From the NCBI GenBank assembly GCA_963783575.1, contig CAWAOD010000016.1, positions 253,153-317,152 on the forward strand: a stretch of 64,000 nucleotides of DNA, written 5' to 3'. The notes under the pieces are model-generated. The model ran no database searches, was not told the DNA's origin, and saw only the letters and a list, made by a program, of their open reading frames with translations. Shown one piece after another: positions 19,983 to 29,777 of the stretch (positions are counted from its first letter, which is position 1; each line of letters opens with the position of its first letter). Made by a program: the position numbers and the translations under genes. The stretch is from an uncultured Spirochaetota bacterium. GTDB lineage: Bacteria; Spirochaetota; Brevinematia; Brevinematales; JAOACQ01.

Positions 19983-21209
19983 ATGCTGCTTTTGATGCAG
20001 ATGGCGTTCCGGAATGTTTTCAGGAATAAAAGAAGGACTATGATCACCGAACTGGCGATCATTTTTGGGATTGTTGTGATCGTCTTTGTCAGCGGTTTAT
20101 TAAAAAGTATGGAAATCGGCTGGAGTGAAAACCTTATACAATCGGATCTCGGGCATATACAAATTATGGCAAAAGGGCTTAATGAAAATGAGAGTTTGAA
20201 ATATACGATAAAAAATGGCGCCGGGATTGCGGCGCAATTAAAATCGGATCGCAATATCAAAGCATTTTCCCCACGGATCAATGTTTCCGGTTTGGTCAGT
20301 ACCGGTGAGAACACGGAGGTCTTTATCGGAACCGGTATCGATCCGGAAACTCACCTTAAAATGCTCAGGAAAGCTACCAACAACATTGTGGAAGGGAAAT
20401 ATATCTCGCCCGGTGATGAGGATGGAGCTTTATTAGGAATCGGGCTTGCCGGAAAAATTCATGCAAAAGTCGGCGATATGCTGACCCTTGCCGCTAATGA
20501 TAAATACGGCAGCCTGAATGCCGTGGATATCAGGGTAACAGGTATCCTGAAAGTCGGGGATAAATTCACCGACGACCACCTTGTAGTTTTTCATATAAAA
20601 AATGCGAGAACTTTAGTGAGTTTTGATCAGGATGAGGTATCAAAATTTGTCTGCACGGTATATAAAACGGATGATACAATAGCTGTTATGAATTCATTAA
20701 AAAAATCCTTTGCGGGAAATGATGGAATAGAAATTTTTTCCTGGCATGAACTTTCGAGTCTGTTAAACTCAGTTGTCATACTGTTTTCTGCCATTAGCAA
20801 TATTCTCACCCTTATTCTGCTTTTCCTGACGCTGGTCGGCGTTATGAATACAGTTCTGATGAGTACATTTGAAAGAACCCGTGAAATCGGCACCATGATG
20901 GCGATCGGCTCCTCCGGTACACAAGTGGTAGCACTTTTTATTATGGAATCGGCGGTGATAGGCGTCATAGGCATTATTGCCGGGAATATTTTAGGCATCA
21001 TTGTGAACATATTTATATCAGCCATCGGTGGGATCCACCTTCCGCCGCCGCCAACACAGACCCGCGGGATCAACCTTTTGCCTCTTATATTACCGGGGAG
21101 GCTTTTGTTTATATCCGGACTGGTTTTAATAACTTCCGTTATCGCTGCAATTTATCCGGCGGTACATGCTTCAAGGCAGAAACCGGTGGAAGCTTTAAGA
21201 TCGAATTAG
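19983..21209 (+). CDS. FtsX/LolE-like ABC permease
   Basis: AFRNVFRNKRRT, ERTREIGTMMAIG and YPA..AS..KPVEALR motifs. Confidence 0.9.
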   Translation: MLLLMQMAFRNVFRNKRRTMITELAIIFGIVVIVFVSGLLKSMEIGWSENLIQSDLGHIQIMAKGLNENESLKYTIKNGAGIAAQLKSDRNIKAFSPRINVSGLVSTGENTEVFIGTGIDPETHLKMLRKATNNIVEGKYISPGDEDGALLGIGLAGKIHAKVGDMLTLAANDKYGSLNAVDIRVTGILKVGDKFTDDHLVVFHIKNARTLVSFDQDEVSKFVCTVYKTDDTIAVMNSLKKSFAGNDGIEIFSWHELSSLLNSVVILFSAISNILTLILLFLTLVGVMNTVLMSTFERTREIGTMMAIGSSGTQVVALFIMESAVIGVIGIIAGNILGIIVNIFISAIGGIHLPPPPTQTRGINLLPLILPGRLLFISGLVLITSVIAAIYPAVHASRQKPVEALRSN

Positions 21210-21224
21210 AAAAAGGAGAAATAA

Positions 21225-21893
21225 ATGATTAGATTAAATGTTATCAAAAAAAATTACCGGTTGGGAGAAACAACTGTTGAGGCTTTAAAAGGGATCAGTT
21301 TTGAAATTCAAAAAGGTGATTTTATCTGTATAGCCGGAAGTTCGGGAAGCGGTAAAACGACATTGCTCAATATTATCGGATGCCTGGACAAGCAAGACAA
21401 TGGGAATTATTCACTGGACGGGATTTCTATAGACAATATCCCGGATAGAGAGCTTTATAAAATCAGAAAAAAGTATATCGGGTTCATTTTCCAGAATTTT
21501 AATCTGATACCTGTATTAACGGCTTATGAAAATGTTGAATTTCCTCTGATACTTGAGAATATTCCGAAAATAGAAAGGAAAGAGCTTGTGGAAAGGGCTC
21601 TTAAAGAAGTTGAGCTTTTTGACCGCAGTCGGCACAAACCTGACCAGCTTTCCGGAGGTCAAAGGCAGCGGGTTGCTATCGCCCGGGCTCTGGTCAAACG
21701 TCCTCCGGTAATTCTGGCCGATGAACCTACGGCAAACTTAGATTCAACAACCGGTTTGAAAATAATCGATTTGATGAAAAAAATCAATGAGACCGACCAA
21801 ACCACTTTTATTTTTTCCACACACGACCGGGGAGTGATGGAGCATTCCAAAAGAACCATCCGCCTGGTTGACGGAGATATCGTAAAGAACTGA
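21225..21893 (+). CDS. LolD/MacB-like ABC ATP-binding protein
   Basis: GSSGSGKT, LSGGQRQR and ADEPTANLD motifs. Confidence 0.93.
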   Translation: MIRLNVIKKNYRLGETTVEALKGISFEIQKGDFICIAGSSGSGKTTLLNIIGCLDKQDNGNYSLDGISIDNIPDRELYKIRKKYIGFIFQNFNLIPVLTAYENVEFPLILENIPKIERKELVERALKEVELFDRSRHKPDQLSGGQRQRVAIARALVKRPPVILADEPTANLDSTTGLKIIDLMKKINETDQTTFIFSTHDRGVMEHSKRTIRLVDGDIVKN

Positions 21894-21905
21894 ACAGCCG
21901 CTTAT

Positions 21906-22298
21906 TTATTTCATCAAATAGTCCATTATTGTACCGTTACCGCATTTTGACTCACTGACAATATCAAGGGCGGTTTTTCCATCCGAGTTCCTGATATTTT
22001 TATCGGCGCCATGCTTCAGTAAAAAATGAAATGAATTCTCATTACCGAGAAGCGCTGCATACATTAATGCAGTCCACCCATCGCAATTCTGGTAATTGAC
22101 CGATTCACCTGCTGACAATAATGAACTTATGGTTTTTACATCATCGGAAATAGCCGCTTTAATCAGAGCATCACCCTTTCTCAGTCTATTATGGATAATA
22201 ATAACGATTGATAAAAATAGAATTAATATCCCGGGGATAATATAAAATAAAATACCCGGCATTTTCTGTATAATTAAAAGAATAAGACCGGAACTCAT
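21906..22298 (-). CDS. Membrane-anchored ankyrin-repeat protein
   Basis: N-terminal TM segment; GWTALMYAA..G, LLKHGAD.N and GKTALD. Confidence 0.85.
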   Translation of the reverse strand: MSSGLILLIIQKMPGILFYIIPGILILFLSIVIIIHNRLRKGDALIKAAISDDVKTISSLLSAGESVNYQNCDGWTALMYAALLGNENSFHFLLKHGADKNIRNSDGKTALDIVSESKCGNGTIMDYLMK

Positions 22299-22435
22299 AC
22301 TTTCTTCCCCTCAATAATATTAATTAATATAATCATATTTATCAAGGTTGATTTCCGATATTCTTGAGTTTCTGTAAATAACTTCCGAAAAGTAAAATAT
22401 TGAATAATTTTTAATTCCTTTGTAAAGCTTTTAAA

Positions 22436-22632
22436 TAAACTACCCCGCAGCAAGCAGCGGGGTATTACGTAAGAACACTAAAGGAATCCCCTCGACAGGG
22501 CTCGGGATAAACTCCACAAAGCTATACGCAACTTTGTTGCGTAAGGAATCTAAACCGGGTCAAGCAGCCTGCCTGGCCTGCCTACGCCGGGGTTTCCGGC
22601 AGGTAGACGGCAGACAGGTCACGCTTGTTAAA
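22436..22632. repeat. Repeat family A, copy 2, with nested hairpin insert
   Basis: Matches copy 1; carries an extra ~51-bp multi-layer palindrome at 22568-22618. Confidence 0.85.
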
Positions 22633-22654
22633 ACATTTTTCGGAGATTGTAAAT

Positions 22655-23104
22655 ATGGATTTCAAAGTATGGAATATATTCGTAAGTAAACCGATTATCG
22701 CTGCTCTGGGCGCCCAGATCAGCTCGCAGGTATTTAAAATATTCCTTCCTGTTTTTAAAGGCGGAAGGCCGGATGCGAAAAAATTTCTGAACTATGGAGA
22801 TTTTCCTTCGGCGCATACTGCCTTTGTTGTTGCCGTTGTGATTTCCATTGGACTTGAAGTGGGTTGGGGAAGCTCTATTTTCGCGCTTGGCGGAGTTATT
22901 GCCAGTATTCTAATTTATGATATAATTAAAATGAGAAAAACTATTGAAATTAATATTAAATTGACGAAAAAGCTTATGGCGGAACATAATCTTCCAATTA
23001 TTGAAAAAATACCTCAATTTAAAGGCCATACTTATATGGAAGTAATAGCCGGCGGAATATGGGGAGTAATCTGTGCAATAATTGTCGGTTTTATAAAAAT
23101 TTAG
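22655..23104 (+). CDS. Divergent PAP2 family (DUF212) membrane protein
   Basis: SQVFK, GDFPSAHTA, YD..R and GHT..EV motifs. ATG 22655 preferred because the TTG at 22625 lies in the repeat. Confidence 0.85.
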   Translation: MDFKVWNIFVSKPIIAALGAQISSQVFKIFLPVFKGGRPDAKKFLNYGDFPSAHTAFVVAVVISIGLEVGWGSSIFALGGVIASILIYDIIKMRKTIEINIKLTKKLMAEHNLPIIEKIPQFKGHTYMEVIAGGIWGVICAIIVGFIKI

Positions 23105-23112
23105 AATAGTTA

Positions 23113-23667
23113 TCAAGTAATTATGTCTTTTCCAAGTTTGTAAGCTTCCTGCATTAAATCTATTTTTCCTGAAACTTCTCCCATTATTGTAACACCGGGA
23201 ACAATTAATTTTCCCGCAATATTCATTTCGAGGTAATTAAGACTCCTTGTAAAAAACTCAATAACCGGTGCCGCAGTTTCGGGATTTTTCTCTTCAAATG
23301 GTATAACCAGAACGGCATCCTTACCCTTAATTTTGTGTCTATTTTCAGGGCAGTTAAAATATACAAACCTGTCAATAAAGCCTTTCATAAGCGCCGTCGG
23401 GCCGTACCAGTACACCGGAGTGCCGAAAACAATCATATCGCAGTCTGTGATTGATTGATAAGCCTGAATCATATCGTCCTTTTTGGAGCACCGGTTATCT
23501 TTCCAGCAGATATGACATCCGTCGCACTCCATTATATTTAGATCTTTAAGATAAATCAGTTCGGGCGTCGCGCCTTTATTTTTAGCTCCTTCAAGTATCC
23601 TGTTGACAAGTAAATCCGTATTTCCTTTTTTCCTCGGGCTTCCGATTATGCCAAGGATTTTTTTCAT
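23113..23667 (-). CDS. Flavodoxin-family (iron-sulfur flavoprotein-like) protein
   Basis: GSPRKKGNT, CDGCHIC....C and GTPVYW motifs. Confidence 0.88.
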   Translation of the reverse strand: MKKILGIIGSPRKKGNTDLLVNRILEGAKNKGATPELIYLKDLNIMECDGCHICWKDNRCSKKDDMIQAYQSITDCDMIVFGTPVYWYGPTALMKGFIDRFVYFNCPENRHKIKGKDAVLVIPFEEKNPETAAPVIEFFTRSLNYLEMNIAGKLIVPGVTIMGEVSGKIDLMQEAYKLGKDIIT

Positions 23668-23683
23668 CAGTTTTCTCCCTAAT

Positions 23684-24307
23684 TTATGCTACTTGTGCGG
23701 CAGCAAAATGCTCTTCGATTATTTTTTTTACGTCGTCCAGCCATGCCGATCTTTGCTCATAAGTGCTGTCGGATATTATCCTGTAAGTCTTTCTGAATAC
23801 CCGGCTTACTCCGCAGTAATTGAAAATGCAGTCTTTCCATAATCTTTCCAGAGGATCACCGAATAACTCAAATTCCCTGCTTTCTCCTGTGTTTGAAGTG
23901 TTGAAAATAATAGCTTTTTCGGCTTTCAGAAGTCCTTTGGGAATTCCCCCGCCCGAGTCATCTTCAGTGAATTGATAAGCAAGGCCATGATGCAGAACGC
24001 GGTCAACCCAGCCTTTTAAAATTGCCGGCGGCTGTCCCCACCAATTCGGATGGACTATAACAATTCCATCGGCATTTTTTATTTCGTCGCAATGAATCTT
24101 TACCAGGCTGTTTTTCGGGCTGTCCGTAAGTATTTCCTCGCCTGTCATTACAGGATCGAAGTTTTCAAGGTATAAATTATGAAAAAAAACCGTATGATTA
24201 TTCTTAATCAATATCTTCACAACGGCGTCTGCTATTGCCGCATTGAAGCTTTTTTCATAGGGATGTCCCAATATTACAGAGATTTTCAAAATTATCTCCT
24301 GTTTCAA
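23684..24307 (-). CDS. NAD(P)H-dependent oxidoreductase (flavodoxin_2/quinone reductase)
   Basis: GHP..SFN and HPNWWGQPPAILKGWVDRV motifs. Confidence 0.9.
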   Translation of the reverse strand: MKQEIILKISVILGHPYEKSFNAAIADAVVKILIKNNHTVFFHNLYLENFDPVMTGEEILTDSPKNSLVKIHCDEIKNADGIVIVHPNWWGQPPAILKGWVDRVLHHGLAYQFTEDDSGGGIPKGLLKAEKAIIFNTSNTGESREFELFGDPLERLWKDCIFNYCGVSRVFRKTYRIISDSTYEQRSAWLDDVKKIIEEHFAAAQVA

Positions 24308-25116
24308 AATAGATTTTTATTTTTCAATATCTTTAAGGTAATTTCCTTTGCGGTATAACCGGTAGCACCTTCAGCACCCTCTATATTTGAAGCGAAGAAC
24401 AAGACTTTTCCGGCATCTTCTATATATCCAACAAACCATCCGTTTACATTTTTATTTTCAATAACGCCGGAGCCGGTCTTTCCCGATAAAAATTTTTCTC
24501 CATTTTTTGATAAAATCAATATCTTTTTGACAATATCAATATTTTGCTTTGAAAACGGGAGTTGATTATAATAGAATTTTCTTAATATTTCAATCTGTTC
24601 TTCCGCAGAGATTTTTAGCGATGATTGAAGCCAGAAATTTGTTAAACCTCCCGATATGTCTTTATTTCCGTAATTAACTTTGTCAATGTAAAACTGTTCC
24701 CTTTCCAACCCCACCTTCAAAGCGACTTGTTGAAAATACCATACTACAGAATGTGAAACCGCCGATGCCAAGGTCTGGTCTTTATTCCAATCCTTGCTGG
24801 GGTACAAAGTTCCATCCCATTTAAATAAAGTATTTTCATCATCCAGAACTTTAGTTTCCAGCCCTATCAAAGAATGAATGATTTTGAAGGTGGAACAAGG
24901 CGGAACCCGTGTCCTGCATCCGTCAGGATTATAGATTGTATATTTATTTGCAGTTTCGTCAAATAATATAAAACAGCCGTTGTAGCCTGTAAAATATCCG
25001 TTTAAATCCTCAATAGTTTTTTCCGGCTGTATCCCAAATCCTGCAGAAATAAAAACAAACGGCAATAAAATCTCTAAAAACAGTATGGAAAACTTTTTCG
25101 AAAATTTAGAAATCAT
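24304..25116 (-). CDS. Class D beta-lactamase-like / BlaR1-sensor-like penicillin-binding protein
   Basis: STFK, SVV, YGN, FWL and KTG motifs; signal peptide; 270 aa. Confidence 0.85.
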   Translation of the reverse strand: MISKFSKKFSILFLEILLPFVFISAGFGIQPEKTIEDLNGYFTGYNGCFILFDETANKYTIYNPDGCRTRVPPCSTFKIIHSLIGLETKVLDDENTLFKWDGTLYPSKDWNKDQTLASAVSHSVVWYFQQVALKVGLEREQFYIDKVNYGNKDISGGLTNFWLQSSLKISAEEQIEILRKFYYNQLPFSKQNIDIVKKILILSKNGEKFLSGKTGSGVIENKNVNGWFVGYIEDAGKVLFFASNIEGAEGATGYTAKEITLKILKNKNLF

Positions 25117-25156
25117 TAAAGCCTCGCGAATTTAAGATTAAGTTTTATTCTACATG

Positions 25157-25420
25157 TCAAACTTTTCTGAACATCTCTTCCGAAAGTCTTGTCAGCATTG
25201 GGATTCCACGGACTCCGTATCGAAAAGAGGAATGAGCGCCCTTACATCGTTTCCGAATGTACCATGGATCTGGTCAAGATAACCGCATTGCATCTTAACG
25301 CGGTTTTGTACAAAATCGGGCGATGTTTCTTTACAGGACGATTTATCGATGATCATGTTTACGAGTACTCCGCCCACAGGAATATTGAAATCGTAAAACC
25401 ATTTGATGCAATCTCATTTT
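25157..25420 (-). pseudogene. arsA: C-terminal remnant of an ArsA/Get3-family ATPase
   Basis: KWFYDFNIPVGGVLVNM...FVQNRVKMQ..YL..I...IPLFDTE, then in a shifted frame RGIPML. No N-terminal P-loop part is present. Confidence 0.6.
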
Positions 25421-25632
25421 AAAATTCTATAAGTAAAAATGCAATTTTTATTTATATAAAGATTGAACATCTTATTGCAGACCGGCATGCAGGCCAATAC
25501 TTTATTGCCGCGGTTTTGAAGCCTTCAGAGCGGTAATAATGGGAAAAAGCTCTGCCGGCAGTTTTCTTTTTTTGACTATTTTTCAGAAGGTGATTAATTT
25601 TAGCCAATAAAGAAAACAGAGGTGTTTTGATT

Positions 25633-28055
25633 ATGGTTTTGAAAATTATAAAAACTCTGGATTATAAGGAAATGTCTTTGAAAGAAACCTTTGAATTTCA
25701 AGAAACATCGGCCGCCGGACTAACCGTAGCAGAGGGCTGTCGGCCGCCTCGCGCTATTTGGAAAGAATGAGATAACAGAAAAAAAGACAAATTATTTATT
25801 GGAATTTTTACTGCGATACTGGGGTCCAATGCCGTGGCTGATGGAAATCGCCATGGCGCTATCGTTTGTTTTGAAGCATAATACCGAAGGAATAATTATT
25901 TTAGCATTGCTGACGATTAACTCCATTATCGGGCAAATGAATTCCACAGGATCGCATAAAGCAATCGAACTTTTGAAAAAGAAGCTAGCCATAAATTCAA
26001 AAGTATTACGCGACGGGAAGTGGATAATTGGGACTGCAAAAGATCTTGTGCCGGGTGATATTATTGTAGTTAAGCTTGGGGATATAGTCCCTGCTGACGC
26101 TAAAATTATAGATGGGGAGGTATCGGTAGACGAATCCGCCTTAACGGGGGAATCCCTGCCTGTAAATACCGGGGAATCGGGTGTTATTTATTCGGGTTCC
26201 ATAGTAAAACGGGGTGAAACTAAATGTATTGTAATTAATACCGGCGCAAATACTTACTTCGGCAAAACCGCCGAACTGGTCAGGCAAGCGCAGCCTGTAT
26301 CGCATCAGAAAAAAGTTATGCTGGATGTAGTCAAATATATGATGTACCTGAGCCTTATCGCGGCAATGTCCGTTTCTATATACGCTTTTTTTATTCATGT
26401 AAGTCTTTTATTTATATTGACCTTTGTCGTAATATTCTTAATGGGAGCCGTTCCGGTTGCCCTTCCGGCTGTTCTTACCATAGTTCAATCTGTCGGCGCT
26501 ATGGAACTTGCAAAAAAGGGAGTGCTGGTAACCAGGCTTGATGCGATTGAGGATTCGGCTTCCATTGATGTGCTTTGCTTTGATAAGACCGGCACCATTA
26601 CGCAAAACAAGCTGTCGGTAATAGACAGCGCGGCGTTCTACGGTTATAAAAAGGAGGATGTTGTTTCCGTGGCGGCTTTTGGCATCCCAAGAGCAGGGAA
26701 TGGACTTAATAGACCTCGCGGTTATTGAATACGCCAAAAATATCAAAGCGGATTTGACAGGATATAAACAGGTTGAATATTTACCGTTTAATCCGTCAAA
26801 AAAAAGCACACAGGCGGTTATCGAAAATTACGGCAAGCGCTTTAACGCAATTAAAGGCGCGGCCCAGATAATAATGGGAATGTGTCCTGAAATAGACAAA
26901 AAAAGTGCGGATAATATAAAAAAAACAATAGAGGAATTTTCTCAAAAAGGATACCGGACAATTGCTGTTGCAAGGTCACCTGACGGCGAAATGAACAAAC
27001 TGGAATTTGCCGGACTGCTTGCGTTAGCTGACCCTCCACGTCCGGATTCAAAAAGCATGATAGAAGAGGCAAGAAAGCTTGGAATAAAACCAATGATGCT
27101 TACCGGGGACGGCATTTTCATCGCCAAGGAAATAGCGTTGCAAACGGGTATCGGCGGTAATATTATCCGGTTCTTAGATATTCAGGATTTGATTGAAACT
27201 GAACAGATCAAGGTTATAAATGAAATTGACGGGTTCGCGGAGATCTATCCCGAGGATAAATACCGGATAGTGAAATTACTTCAATCAACCGGTCACTTAG
27301 TCGGAATGACGGGCGATGGGGTGAATGACGCTCCTGCGCTAAAACAAGCAGAGATGGGTATAGCCGTTAGCAACGCGGCTGATGTGGCCAAAACATCTGC
27401 CAGTGTAGTCTTAACCGGTTCCGGGATAGAGTTAGTAATTGAAGCGGTTAAAACAAGCAGGCGAATTTATCAAAGGATGCTGACATGGGTTTTAAACAAG
27501 GTTACGAAAGTAATAGAAATTATTTGTTTATTAGCGATTGGTTTTTTCTGGCTTCATGATATGGTGCTTTCACTTTTAGGCATATCATTACTTGTATTCG
27601 CAAATGATTTTGTTACCATGTCTCTTGCAGGCGATAATGTAAAATCTACCGTAAACCCCAATAAATGGAACGTAAGAAAAATCACTTTTGTTTCCTTAAT
27701 TCCCGGCCTGTTGTTAGTAGCGGAGGATTTACTCGTGATAATAGCATGCAGGAATTATTTTCATCTGGATTGGGAAAAAATGCGAACTATGATTATGTTG
27801 AATCTTGTATTTAACAGCCAGTTCAGGGTATTGATTATAAGGGAAAGAACTCACTTCTGGTCTTCGATGCCCGGGAAAGGGTTGATAATTTCCAGCCTGA
27901 TAACAATAATTGTGTTTTTGCTGATAAGCGTAACCGGTTTTATTGTCCCGGCGATTGCTTTAAACCAAATTCTCGCTGTCCTGGGGTTATCAGCGTTGTT
28001 TGTTTTCTTTGTTGATTTTCCTAAATGCTATTTTTATAAAAGATTCGGATTATAA
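25633..28055 (+). CDS. P3A-type (plasma-membrane proton-efflux) P-type ATPase, two +1 frameshifts (near 25734 and 26678)
   Basis: YWGPMPW, LTGES, VPVALP, FDKTGT, DPPR, GDGVNDAPALK and FAND motifs. The N-terminus GLT..EA..RL..FGKNEI is recovered from ATG 25633. Confidence 0.88.
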
Positions 28056-28080
28056 CATTTAATTGATCTCTTTGATAAAA

Positions 28081-28135
28081 TAAACTACCCCGCGGCGATG
28101 CAACGCAGGCTAATACTTTATTGCCGCGGTTTTGA
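28081..28135. repeat. Hairpin repeat related to the family A head; 31 bp shared with 25489-25519
   Basis: Begins TAAACTACCCCGC like 22436. GCAGGC(C/T)AATACTTTATTGCCGCGGTTTTGA occurs on both sides of the ATPase gene. Confidence 0.75.
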
Positions 28136-28151
28136 GACGAATTATATTTTT

Positions 28152-29081
28152 TTATCTGTACATTTCAAGTAATTTTTTGCCTTTATCTTTAAGATAATCC
28201 CTGAGCCTTTGAGGCGCCAGGATTTCCACATCGTCGCCGAAGCTCAGCATAAAACCGTAAATCCATTCGTCCTCCGGAAACCTGGCGATGATCTTTATCG
28301 AACCATCCGGCTGGTAAACGATCTGTTCCTGTTCGAAAAAATCCTCAACCCTTACCCTTGCGCGCTGTTTAAAAACCATCTCAATCTCGATCCAGGAACG
28401 CTTATCCCAGTTGTTTCCAGGCTGAGTATCCTCCTCACGGTAATCCCTGCGTACAAAGCTTTCCCCGGTGATTTTCATCGATTTCATTCTGGACAGCTTG
28501 AAAAAACGGAAATCATCACGGATGAGGCAGTAAGCGACAAGGTACCATGCGTATCCCTTAAGGTATAGAATCATTGGTTCGATTTTCCGCTTTGTAACAT
28601 TCCCCTGCGCGTCAAGGTACTCAATTTCAATTATTTTTCCGGCATCAATAGCATTACGGATAGTATTCATCTTTTCTTTCTGAGTTTTACTGGTGCTCCA
28701 GGGAGAAAAATCTATAATAACATCGCGTTTTTTTTCAAAATCATCGGCCTTGTTCTTCGGCATCAAATTCTGGAGTTTTTCAACCGTGTCGTTTATTTTC
28801 CGGTCGTCTATCGTTCTGCTTACACCCTTCAGGGCGGTAATAATGGAAAAAAGCTCTGCGGGCTTAAGAACATTCCTGTCAATTCTATAATTGTCCATAA
28901 TGCCGAAACCGCCATTTTTGCCGGGATAAGCGACTATTGGGATTCCAGCCTGGTTAATCGTATCAATGTCACGGTATATTGTTCGGACAGATACTTCGAA
29001 GTATTCGGCAAGTTCTTCCGCGCTGACACGGTTTCTATTCAAAATCATTATGGTGATAGCGAATATTCGGTCAAGCTTCAT
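28152..29081 (-). CDS. YafY-family HTH-WYL-WCX transcriptional regulator
   Basis: LAEYFEVSVRTIYRDI, RKIEP, WYLVAYC..R.DFRFFKLSRM and FGDDVEILAP motifs. Confidence 0.92.
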   Translation of the reverse strand: MKLDRIFAITIMILNRNRVSAEELAEYFEVSVRTIYRDIDTINQAGIPIVAYPGKNGGFGIMDNYRIDRNVLKPAELFSIITALKGVSRTIDDRKINDTVEKLQNLMPKNKADDFEKKRDVIIDFSPWSTSKTQKEKMNTIRNAIDAGKIIEIEYLDAQGNVTKRKIEPMILYLKGYAWYLVAYCLIRDDFRFFKLSRMKSMKITGESFVRRDYREEDTQPGNNWDKRSWIEIEMVFKQRARVRVEDFFEQEQIVYQPDGSIKIIARFPEDEWIYGFMLSFGDDVEILAPQRLRDYLKDKGKKLLEMYR

Positions 29082-29134
29082 AAGTTCTTGCCCCTATAAT
29101 TTAAATCCTATTTGTAACCATTTAACAATATGAA

Positions 29135-29761
29135 TTAATGTGCAATAAAAATTATATTTATTGCTAAACCTATAAATAAAACCCCGCAAGCTTTATTTAG
29201 AAAAAATGATATTTTTTTGTCCTTTCTGAGAAATCCGGAAATGGAGGACGAAAAAATCGCCAGAATGAAGCACCAGATAGTTCCGGTTGTAATAAATGTA
29301 AACCCCAGAAAAAGAAATGAAAATGCGCCGTAATTTTTAACCGGATTGATAAATTGCGGTAAAAATGCGAGAAAAAACAGCGCGACTTTAGGATTGAATA
29401 AATTGGTCAAAAATCCCTGCCTGAAAATTTTGAAATTATCATACTTATTAATCGCTTTATCTTGAAATAAATCATTTTTATTCATTATTGTTTTAATGCC
29501 CAGGTAAAACAGGTATGCTGCCCCCGCATATTTTAAAATATTGAAAGCAAACGGCGAAACCTTTAACAATGCAGCCAAACCTAATGCGGTAATCAGGTTG
29601 TGGCATAAAGCGCTCGTACCTATTCCAAGAACCGATAAAACCCCGGCTTTTCTCCCCTGGGCAATGCTTCTCCCGACAATATAAACCGTATCCTGGCCCG
29701 GTGTAATATTCAATAGTATTCCTGCGGTCAAAAAAGTTATATAATTTTGGGTACCGAGCAT
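29135..29761 (-). CDS. LysE/RhtB-family translocator
   Basis: TPGQD, GAAYLFYLG and NPKVALFFLAFLPQF motifs. Confidence 0.92.
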   Translation of the reverse strand: MLGTQNYITFLTAGILLNITPGQDTVYIVGRSIAQGRKAGVLSVLGIGTSALCHNLITALGLAALLKVSPFAFNILKYAGAAYLFYLGIKTIMNKNDLFQDKAINKYDNFKIFRQGFLTNLFNPKVALFFLAFLPQFINPVKNYGAFSFLFLGFTFITTGTIWCFILAIFSSSISGFLRKDKKISFFLNKACGVLFIGLAINIIFIAH

Positions 29762-29777
29762 AAATACTCCTGTAAAA

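Noticed and set aside
28152..29081. WYL-associated anti-phage defence system
   Set aside because: Ordinary YafY-type regulator; the neighbours are LysE and an ATPase, with no defence genes.
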